64,000 nucleotides of DNA, from the NCBI GenBank assembly GCA_002269645.1, contig NIVC01001791.1, positions 25,382-89,381 of the forward strand, in the 5' to 3' direction. Position 1 is the stretch's first letter. Each line of letters opens with the position of its first letter. This DNA comes from Macrostomum lignano (lineage: Eukaryota). Shown piece by piece: positions 1-10,805 of the stretch. The notes under the pieces are model-generated. The model did no database searches. It was given only the letters and a program-made list of their open reading frames with translations, and had not been told where the DNA came from. The translations under genes were made by a program, and so were the position numbers.

Positions 1-1625
1 TATTGTGACAATGTACCCCTTCGTAGTACAGCTGTGTACATACTGTATACCGTTTTGGTGTACATATATGTAAAGCGATCGCATCATTTTTCTGCGCATT
101 TGTTAATCAGGAAAACAAACAATATTCAACATTGTAAACACTGATTACACTGTAGGTCATGGTGTGTATACACTCGTTACTTTTGCATGCTGCTATTTCT
201 TCTGTACTTTAATATTGCCTGTAAACTAATGAGGTTTGCTGCCTAATGTTGATTGGGAACCGGTGGAATCTGGCATGGCCAGTCAAGGTAGTGTTATCTT
301 TCCTCCTTTAGCTGCAATACATACAAACTTCACTACTTCGGGGCAAAAGTTCTTTATTCAGTCCTTATATAGAATTTCACGTCGAATTACCTGACCCTTC
401 GACAAGCTTTTATAGAACAGCTGCTGGGGCAAAGTTCTTGTTGGCTCCTGACAGGCTGCACACACTGAACTAAAACTTCACTCTTTCAATCGCTTCTGGA
501 TCTGCTGAGTGGCACATAGTAAATTTCAGCTAGTGCACACATAGATCGAATCCTGTACCTTACGTTACGTCAAAGAGTAAAAAGCAAGTTATAAGCGATT
601 CCATTTAAAAAAGTATAACAAAAAATCAACGACTTCTAAGTTCTACTACTCCTAGCTCTACATTAGTGTATCGTAGTACTGGACTGGTTTAAACATATTA
701 AATCTAATATTAATTATATGTGCTCAGTGCTCGCAAATAAACTGCATTTTTTCATAAATTAAATATTAGTAGTGATTAACGAAATATGTTGAATGTGCCG
801 GCTAAAATAAAAAACAATCATAAAAATACAATAGAGAGTAAGTATAATTACAATTTAAATAAAAAACTGAACAATTACCTACTTTTGTTTATTAAAAGAT
901 TGCGTTGCTTAATTCAAGGATTAGCGATGCATGAGGAATTAAAAGATAAGATTAAAAGAGAAAAGACAATTCATAAAATCATTGTATAGTTGATTGATAA
1001 TTAGACGTACCTGTAGCTACATTTAGATAATTATGCTTGCTCAGTTAGAACTTATTTATCTAAGTGATCATTTGTTTTAAAAGAAAATAATAAATGACGA
1101 TAAAACACGTGTATTGCAGATACATAAAGCTATGACTTATCATAGCGTAATTTTTTGTTTTTCTGCGATTATTTTTTGTTTATAGATTTATGCTAACTTA
1201 TAGAATTCATTATTTTTATTAGAATTTTCTAAAAAACTAGAACTTTTTTATTATAAACTAATTGCTATCACTAAATATAGACGAAATAAAAAAATTTCAT
1301 CATTTTTTACCGGCCTTATAAATTTGATATTACTTAGCTAGCTACGTATGCAGTGTAGCTAAAGAAATTAATCATAGTTTTTAGCAAGAATTAAAAGAAT
1401 TATAGCTATTAGCATAACAATAGGGAATAAATTTAAGCCACCGCCACCAAAATATCATGCAAGTACATAGTCTGTGCGGTTAGTCATTTCGTAAAGTTTC
1501 AGTCGTAAGCAGAAAAATTATTTAGCTATACCAGTTAATTAGATGTTAAACGGTATAGAGGTTAAGCCGTTTTAAACAAATTAAGCCAATCATATTTCAA
1601 ACAAGCTGCTAAAAATCATTAAAAT

Positions 1626-4600
1626 TCATTCCTGCTCGTCAAATGGTTTCTCCTGGGGTAGAACTAGCAAAAACTTCTGCACAAAGTAAGTAATGCCATC
1701 TGAAATTCATAAAGTACATATGTACGTGTACGTTTAATATAATTAACAATTGAAAATACATTTTGTTTCAGCTTCGAGAACTCACCGACTTTCTGCTGCA
1801 ATTTGGTTGGCTTAGATTTCCACATGACACCAAATACATAAAAGGGCAAACCAGTTAACATGATGACCACAGACAGTATGCTTTCTTTAGGCGATTTCAC
1901 AAAAGTGATAATACAGATCAATAGAGTGATGACGAACAATGTGATTGGCACACCGATTGGAAGCTGGATAAAAGTTAAGATTTCAGTTTAGAATTGAGTC
2001 AAGTATAAGGCTTTCTGTATGTTTACATGTAGAAAAAGAAAATTTTGCCCATTACTCATACACATAACCTAGTCTAATTAACAGGTGTTCACATTTACAC
2101 AGCCAATAGTAAACAGCAGTTGTTTCTACCTATCGCCATTGGAACAAAAAGTTACAAAGAATGCTCACTCACCTTCAAAGGTCGCACCAGTTGTGGCTGC
2201 TTGAATCTCAAATAGAGCAGGCAGCCAATAGCCATCAGTACGATTGACATGAAAGCAAACCCGGTGAGCTCGATGAGGTAGTCTAACTGGTTAGTGAATA
2301 GCTGCTGAAATACGACTGTGCAGATTCCCTGAGGGTGGGGTTACAGCTGCACATGTACTCTTTGTATCCAATTAGCAAGGTCAGCTCCCATGTAGATCTA
2401 TTTGAAGCATTGAGATCTCTAGATTGGATATTGAGATGGAAGTCTTTGAAAAAATATAAGGGCCTGCAGATGCGATACTCTAGGATCTGTCTGTAGATGA
2501 GATCCTCTAGGGTCTGTCTGTAGATGAGATCCTCTAGGGTCTGTCTGTTGATGAGATCCTCTAGGGTCTATTTGTAGATGAGATACTTGAGGGTTGTCTG
2601 TAGATGAGATCCTCTAGGGTCTGTCTGTAGATGAGATCCTCTAGGGTCTGTCTGTAGATGAGATAGTCTAGGGTCTGTCTGTAGATGAGATTCTCTAGGG
2701 TCTGTCTGTAGATGAGATCCTCTAGGGTCTGTCTGTAGATGAGATCCTCTAGGGTCTGTCTGTAGATGAGATCCTCTGGGTCTGTCTGTAGATGAGATCC
2801 TCTAGGGTCTGTCTGTAGATGAGATCCTCTAGGGTCTGTCTGTAGATGAGATCCTCTAGGGTCTGTCTGTAGATGAGATCCTCTAGGGTCTGTCTGTAGA
2901 TGAGATAGTCTAGGGTCTGTCTGTTGATGAGATAGTCTAGGGTCTGTCTGTAGATGAGATCCTCTAGGGTCTGTCTGTAGATGAGATCCTCTAGGGTCTG
3001 TCTGTTGATGAGATAGTCTAGGGTCTGTCTGTAGATGAGATCCTCTAGGGTCTGTCTGTAGATGAGATCCTCTAGGGTCTGTCTGTAGATGAGATCCTCT
3101 GGGTCTGTCTGTAGATGAGATCCTCTAGGGTCTGTCTGTAGATGAGATCCTCTAGGGTCTGTCTGTAGATGAGATCCTCTAGGGTCTGTCTGTAGATGAG
3201 ATCCTCTGGGTCTGTCTGTAGATGAGATAGTCTAGGGTCTGTCTGTAGATGAGATCCTCTAGGGTCTGTCTGTAGATGAGATAGTCTAGGGTCTGTCTGT
3301 TGATGAGATAGTCTAGGGTCTGTCTGTAGATGAGATCCTCTAGGGTCTGTCTGTAGATGAGATCCTCTAGGGTCTGTCTGTAGATGAGATCCTCTAGGGT
3401 CTGTCTGTAGATGAGATCCTCTAGGGTCTGTCTGTAGATGAGATAGTCTAGGGTCTGTCTGTTGATGAGATAGTCTAGGGTCTGTCTGTAGATGAGATCC
3501 TCTAGGGTCTGTCTGTAGATGAGATCCTCTAGGGTCTGTCTGTTGATGAGATAGTCTAGGGTCTGTCTGTAGATGAGATCCTCTAGGGTCTGTCTGTAGA
3601 TGAGATCCTCTAGGGTCTGTCTGTAGATGAGATCCTCTAGGGTCTGTCTGTAGATGAGATTCTCTAGGGTCTGTCTGTAGATGAGATACTTGAGGGTCTG
3701 TCTGTAGATGAGATCCTCTAGGGTCTGTCTGTAGATGAGATTCTCTAGGGTCTGTCTGTAGATGAGATACTTGAGGGTCTGTCTGTAGATGAGATACTCT
3801 AGGGTCTGTCTGCAGATGAGATACTTGAGGGTCTGTCTGTAGATGAGATACTTGAGGGTCTGACTGTAGATGAGATACTTGAGGGTCTGACTGTAGATGA
3901 GATACTTGAGGGTCTGTCTGTAGATGAGATACTTGAGGGTCTGTCTGTAGATGAGATTCTCTAGGGTCTGTCTGTAGATGAGATACTCTAGGGTCTGTCT
4001 GTAGATGAGATACTTGAGGGTCTGTCTGTAGATGAGATACTTGAGGGTCTGTCTGTAGATGAGATACTTGAGGGTCTGTCTGTAGATGAGATACTTGAGG
4101 GTCTGTCTGTAGATGAGATACTTGAGGGTCTGTCTGTAGATGAGATACTTGAGGGTCTCTAGATGAAATAGCGCAACTTGCTGAACTGTTAGAACAGCAA
4201 AAACTAAGCAGCGGGACACACCGCTAGACTTACCATGAAAAGCACGGACGGCACTGGCGTCAATCTAGTGGCGCTAACCATTGCCAGAGCCGAGGGAAAG
4301 TGGCCCTCGGAGGCGCCAGTGAAAGCCGCCCTAGACATGCTCAGCACCTCACCGTTCATGCTGCCAAATATGGCTATGGCAACGAATAGCGGCATGATGA
4401 AGGCTGCCGGGCCCATTGTTCGCTCGGCGAATGTCACGGCAACGGCGTGAGATGCTATCAGCTGATCGGGCGTAAGCACAGCCAAGTAAGCCAGATTGGC
4501 GGTCACATAGATCACCGTGATCAACGATAAGGAGATCACTATAGCCAATGGGAGACTGCGCGACGGTCGCTTCATCTCTTCGGTGAGAAAGTTAAGATAG

Positions 4601-7600
4601 TTCCTGTGTGTGAGAGATGGGTAGATAGAATAGGCTTGATTCTTTAGAATGTTCTAATAGTGCTACTTGTCATTAAATTTCAGTAGTGAAGTGAAAATTT
4701 CGATGCAATTTATATTGCTTATGCACATTGACTGCATGAGATTTTATGCGAAAATAAGTCATAATTAAGTGGCGCGTAAGTAAGAAATCTAAATCATCTC
4801 ACCATCCAGAAGCACCCACCACACCCCACAGCACCCACAACTCTAAGCAACAACAATCCCACAGCATCCACTGCCCCACAGCACCCACCACCTCACAGCA
4901 CCCACCACCTCACAGCACCCACCACCCACAGCACCCACCACCCACAGCACCCACCACCTCACAGCACCCACCACCTCACAGCACCCACCACCACAGCACC
5001 CACCACCTCACAGCACCCACCACCTCACAGCACCCACCACTCCACAGCACCCACCACCCACAGCACCCACCACCCACAGCACCCACCACCTCACAGCACC
5101 CACCACCTCACAGCACCCACCACTCCACAGCACCCACCACTCCACAGCACCTACACCACAGCACCCACCACCTCACAGCACCCACCACCTCACAGCACCC
5201 ACCACCTCACAGCACCCACCACCCCACAGCACCCACCACCGACAGAATCCTCCAAAAAAGTCCGGAGCAAGAACTCACCATCCAGCAAAGGCCCAGAAGC
5301 CCTGGTAGAAAGCGGAGATCATGCCAACTCCGTAGTCACTTCCACTGAATGAATCTTCGAAGTTTTCCGTCTTACCCTGAGCCAGGTTGTAGAAACCGAT
5401 GACGGTTACCAGAATTAGGGCGCTAACTTTGCAGATCGAAATGATGACGGCTGTTTTTGTGGCCCATTTAACGTTGATGCAGTTGATGGAGCATAGGAGC
5501 GCTGTGTTGAGTAAAAGCGAAGATTGACGAACGATCGATATTTCAGGGTATTGTGCATGGATGCTATCATTTCTATGGGGTGTTGGTTGTTGTGGTGTGG
5601 TGGGTGCTGTGGGGTGGTGAGTGTTGTGGTGTGGTGAGTGCTGTGGGGTGGTAGGTGCTATGGGGTGGTGGATGCGGCAGTTTCATGTTGATATTATGCG
5701 ATTAAGTACGCACAGGGACTACTAAAACAGCTAGTACTACCAGCCTCCAACTACTTTCTGCATGATTTGGCCAGTTTCCTGTCCCGTGTTTTAGTAGTCC
5801 CTGCGTGCGCTTAATATACGTCACTGATTTAAGTTAAGTACAGTTTTCGTTTTCATGACTTAAACAACCCACAATTGACAATTTCACGGAATTCATTAGA
5901 CTTCGGTGCTGCAGAACTTTCCAAGTTATTTTGGCACCCGACAATTGTCTAGATAGACTGAGTACGTGGCCACCTGTTGCAATAAAGTTGAGCGCCGTGA
6001 GAATTCGATCATTTTCTTGGTTTGGTCTGAAGAACCGCCGAGAGTCACAGGAGTTTAATCTGTTGGACTCTTGAATGGTAATTGGGTTCTATTGTCTGAC
6101 AAAGGACTTTAGCTAATCGGATTTAGAGTCAACCTTCGGTTTTAGCCAGTCAATCAAATAAAACAATTTCCCTACAGCTAAAAAAAATGAAATTTGAGAT
6201 TGTCAAAGCTAGCGCATCTCGTTATGGAAATAAATTGACTCCGATGAAGACGCAAAGTCTCAAAATAAAATATTGGCCTTAATTTTAATGCGTTCCTAGC
6301 AATCAGTAGTCTATGCTGCTAATTACTCGGATAATTAAATTTCCCGAACTTGTTTTGTAAGCTGTTTGCAAGCAAACAGCTGCTAGAAGCAACTGTCATT
6401 AACCGCATGCATTATTGAGCATTCCAGGAAATGATCGCTCGAGAGAGTTTACTCGGAGCGAGGAAAACACGTGACTCTTTGTGCTCATGGACAGAGGCTC
6501 TTCCAAGTGCCAACAAGTTGTGTAGAACCAGAAGTCTATATCGATTGCTCACTCAATATTGCTGCAATAGCAAACAAATAAAATACATGAGCTACTGTCG
6601 AGCATATATGGTCCTATTGTGAGCATAATGCTGCGGATCGTTCTTGGCCTTTTTGAAGTTATAAATCCAAAACATACAGGCAAAAGGGGACGAATGAGGA
6701 GAGCAGAGGAGAGGAGAGGAGAGGAGAGGAGAGGAGAGGAGAGGAGACGAGAGGAGAGGAGAGGAGAGGAGAGGAGAGGAGAGGAGAGGAGAGGAGAGGA
6801 GAGGAGAGGAGAGGAGAGGAGAGGAGAAGGAGAGGAGAGGAGAGAGGAGAGGAGGAGGAGAGGAGAGGAGAGGAGAGGAGAGGAGAGGAGAGGAGAGGAG
6901 AGGAGAGGAGAGGAGAGGAGAGGAGAAGAGAGGAGAGGAGAGAGAGGAGAGGAGAGGAGAGAGAGGAGAGAGGAGGAGAGGAGAGGAGAGGAGAGGAGAG
7001 AGAGGAGAGGAGAGGAGAGAGAGGAGAGAAAGAGGAGGGAGGAGAGGAGAGGAGAGGAGAGGAGAGGAGAGGAGAGGAGACGAAAGAGGAGGGAGGAGAG
7101 GAGAGGAGAGGAGAGGAGAGGGAGAGGAGAGGAGAGGAGAGGAGAGGAGAGGAGAGAGAGAGGAGAGGAGAGGAGAGGAGAGGAGAGGAGAGGAGAGGAG
7201 AGAGAGGAGAGAGAGGAGAGGAGAGGAGAGGAGAGGAGAGGAGAGGAGAGGAGAGGAGAGGAGAGGAGAGGAGAGGAGAGGAGAGGAGAAGAGAGGAGAG
7301 GAGAAGAGAGGAGAGGAGAGGAGAGGAGAGGAGAGGAGAGGAGAGGAGAGGAGACGAAAGAGGAGGGGAGAGAGGAGAGGAGAGGAGAGGAGAGGAGAGG
7401 AGAGGAGAGAGAGGAGAGGAGAGGAGAGGAGAGGAGAGGAGAGGAGAGGAGAGGAGAGGAGAGGAGAGGAGAGGAGAGGAGAGGAGAGAGAGGAGAGGAG
7501 AGGAGAGGAGAGGAGGAGGAGAGAGGAGAGGAGAGGAGAGGAGAGAGAGGAGAGGAGAGGAGAGGAGAGGAGAGGAGAGGAGAGGAGAGAGAGAGGAGAG

Positions 7601-10160
7601 GAGAGGAGAGGAGGAGAGGAGAGGAGAGAAGAGAAGAGGTAGCGTTTAAACTGAAAGCAGAGGGCGATAGCACTGCCAAATAAACACAAGTTAACTCAGA
7701 GGTAACCTGATCTGTGAGTCTCCTGGCTTTGGGAAAGCCAGTTTAGCAACCTCAATCGAATCCAGAGGAAGACAAAAGAAACCTAACAGTCACCACTTGG
7801 CCTTCACTTCTTTCTCTGGGAGCCAGCCTTGAACCCTGGATTTCCGGTCCCTGGCCATGAATTGCCTTCCCGCTGCCAGATTAGGAAAGTGGTCGGTTGT
7901 GGGAAGCCGCGGAGAGAATTAGGTCTGCCAGCAACAGCTGTCTCTGACCCCGCCTCTCTTCTTCTCCTCTCCTAGAGGCCGCTGCCTGGCTTACCAATTC
8001 TTGGGAAAAAGTTTTCAAAGGTTGGCTATAGTCCCGCTTGATTGCAGGAGATCCCCCTCGGGTGGTGCATCTTGGCAACAAAGGCTGAAAAGCTACGTGT
8101 AGGCAAGCTGGGTGGGGAGATATCCTGGCATGCGTGCAGGAATCCGACCTATAGGTTCGTGCTTCGTGCATTTATCCCACTTTTAAATATGCTCGAGGCG
8201 AACGCAGTTCTGGGTTTGGAAAACTGAATTCAAACTTTTCCTTTTTTATCACCACATTTTAACAATTCAAATGTCAAGCTGAAGATGAAGCTGAGGCCAC
8301 ACAAGATATCCCATGAGTTCAGATGAAGCTGAGGCCACACAAGATATCCCATGAGTTCTGATGAAGCTGAGGCCACACAAGATATCCCATGAGTTCTGAT
8401 GCAGCTGAGGCCACACAAGATATCCCATGAGTTCAGATGAAGCTGAGGCCACACAAGATATCCCATGAGTTCTGATGAAGCTGAGGCCACACAAGATATC
8501 CCATGAGTTCTGATGCAGCTGAGGCCACACAAGATATCCCATGAGTTCTGATGAAGCTGAGGCCACACAAGATATCCCATGAGTTCAGATGAAGCTGAGG
8601 CCACACAAGATATCCCATGAGTTCAGATGAAGCTGAGGCCACACAAGTTATCCCATGAGTTCTGATGAAGCTGAGCCCACACAAGTTATCCCATGAGTTC
8701 TGATGCAGCTGAGGCCACACAAGTTATCCCATGAGTTCTGATGAAGCTGAGGCCACATAAAGATATCCCATGAGTTCTGATGCAGCTGAGGCCACACAAG
8801 ATATCCCATGAAGCTGGAACCAAGTCAGTTATTGATTTACAAAATCAGTTCCCCAACAACTGTGTTTCTAAGTTGCTCGCATTCGAGTGCAAGTAAAGAT
8901 TTTTCCAAGGAATTCGAGACATTTACCGGTAAATATAATAGTTGGATCCACTTAACGTCTGCTACCATAAAAACTTGGAAAATGCCGTTTATACCGCCGA
9001 TAAAAACTGCTTTCCAGGACTGCACCACCGTTTCCTGCTGCTAGCTAATTTAACCGCACACTGTTAATGATGAAGCATTGGGATTCTGCAGATTATAGTT
9101 TCTTCTAGAAGTGTTTCATGTTTTTTTCCTTGTGCGACTGCACCGTTTTTTATGCAGTCTTTTAAATACCACTGCCTTGTAAAGGAGAAAAGAGAGGTAA
9201 GGAGAGACAGGTAAGGAGAGACAGGTAAGGAGAGACAGGTAAGGAGAGACAGGTAAGGAGAGACAGGTAAGGAGAGACAGGTAAGGAGAGACAGGTAAGG
9301 AGAGACAGGTAAGGAGAGACAGTTAGGCTGACAGGGACGAAGACAGGTAAGAACAGGCATGGAAGGGGCAGACAGGAGGGACAGACAGGAAGGACAGACA
9401 GGAGCAACTCACCAACAGACAGGAAGGACAGACAGGAAGGACAGACAGGAAGGACAGACAGGAGCCACTCACCAACAGACAGGAAGGACAGACAGGAGCC
9501 AATCACCAACAGACAGGAAGGACAGACAGGAAGAACAGACAGGAGCCAATCACCAACAGACAGGAAGGACAGACAGGAGCAACTCACCAACAGACAGGAA
9601 GGACAGACAGGAGCAACTCACCAACAGACAGGAAGGACAGACAGGAGCAACTCACCAACAGACAGGAAGGCTGTGGCCCTGGTGAGCAGCTCGGGCACGG
9701 GGCAGCCAACAAACAGCGGTGACAGGCAGTACTTGGCGAACAGGAGCGAGTTGGCGGCGTTGCTAACAGCCCCGATGGCAACAAAGGTGATCCAAAGCAC
9801 CAGAAAGGCTGGCAGGGCGCCCATGACCTGCAGTACGTAGATGTACTCGCCCCCGGACCTGGGAATAGTAGTACCCAGCTCGGCGTAGCACACGGCTCCC
9901 AGTGCACTGAAGATCCCAGTAACAGCCCACATGATGAAGCTCAGGCCGACGCTCTTTGACTCTTGCAGAATGCCTTTCGGCGATACGAAGATGCCGGACC
10001 CGACGATGCACCCGACAATGATGCCGACTCCTTGGAGTACCCCGATCTCTTTGCGCAGTTCAATCTTCTTGGCAGGTACCGGCGAAGGAGAAGCTTGGAT
10101 ATCAGCTTCATCTTCAGCTTTTCCTGCCGCTGGTTTGTTGTTCTCAGATTCTTTTGTCAT
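1626..10160 (-). CDS. SLC7/LAT-family (APC superfamily) amino-acid transporter light chain, 6 exons, ~501 aa
   Basis: Exons (minus): 10160-9656, 5501-5279, 4603-4234, 2328-2173, 1963-1786, 1699-1626. All introns are GT-AG with matching phases (1,2,0,0,1); total 1506 nt. Motifs IVGSGIFVSPKG, CYAELGTTIPRSGGEY, FWAFAGWNYLNFLTEE, GSMNG, TPVPS and a C-terminal TYFVQKFLLVLPQE are typical of SLC7 light chains. Confidence 0.95.
2466..4161. repeat. 27-bp minisatellite (GTCTGTCTGTAGATGAGATCCTCTAGG)n, ~60 copies, filling SLC7 intron 3
   Basis: Read directly. Variants (CCTCTAGG, AGTCTAGG, ACTTGAGG) cluster along the array. It produces the spurious ORF 3179-4219. Confidence 0.97.
4805..5245. repeat. ~17-bp minisatellite (CACAGCACCCACCACCT)n in SLC7 intron 2
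   Basis: Read directly; 16-18 bp units. Confidence 0.95.
5575..5677. repeat. Short inverted copy of the 4805-5245 array (GTGGTGGGTGCTGTGGGG-type units) in SLC7 intron 1
   Basis: GTGGTGGGTGCTGTG is the reverse complement of CACAGCACCCACCAC; about 5-6 degenerate units. Confidence 0.8.
6698..7638. repeat. (GAGGA)n pentanucleotide purine satellite in SLC7 intron 1
   Basis: Read directly; source of the ORFs at 6549-7689. Confidence 0.98.
8281..8812. repeat. 38-bp minisatellite (GATGAAGCTGAGGCCACACAAGATATCCCATGAGTTCT)n, ~14 copies
   Basis: Read directly; lies in SLC7 intron 1. Confidence 0.95.
9189..9322. repeat. 14-bp minisatellite (GTAAGGAGAGACAG)n
   Basis: Read directly; ~9 copies in SLC7 intron 1. 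Confidence 0.93.
9365..9669 (-). repeat. ~34-bp minisatellite made from the SLC7 exon 1/intron 1 junction
   Basis: Minus-strand unit TTCCTGTCTGTTG|GTGAGTTGCTCCTGTCTGTCC = last 13 nt of exon 1 plus first 21 nt of intron 1. Seven junction copies including the real one. Confidence 0.9.
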
Positions 10161-10564
10161 TGTTGCTTTTAGCCGCCAGTAAGTGTCTGTCTGCTTGGCT
10201 TCTTCTTTAGACTAATCCAGGGTCCGAGTGAAAGACAATTTTTATATGAACGGCTTCAGGACTTGCCCTGCTTCGATTGGCTGGCTATGGCCTTATTTCA
10301 TGACGGGAGTTTTTACAGAAGAATAAGGGGGGCTTCTTGAATTGAGCTGTGCTGCTCATGTGATTTATTTGAATGATTTACTTCTAAGCGGGGCTGGGTG
10401 TTCTTGTATTGTACAGAGTTGGACCTTTTTACTATATACTACCAGTATTTAGTGCTTTCTGAGCTCTCTGAAATGTCTCTGCCACTATGCTACTATTAGT
10501 AAGACATGTGGACAATCTTTTTACGATGGATGGACCGCTAGACAGATAGATGGACTACGAAATG

Positions 10565-10787
<223 letters not shown>

Positions 10788-10805
10788 TAATCGTCCCTTC
10801 AGATC

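Noticed and set aside
6549-6700. Non-repetitive tails of the ORFs flanking the (GAGGA)n tract as an extra exon
   Set aside because: No recognisable motif, and SLC7 exons 1 and 2 join in phase without it.
8281-8812. CTGATGA hammerhead-like word in the 38-bp unit
   Set aside because: There is no GAAA half-core or stem II, so a hammerhead cannot form.
9189-9322. Array of AG|GTAAGG donor consensus sites
   Set aside because: They are on the strand opposite SLC7, and I found no plus-strand exon to use them.
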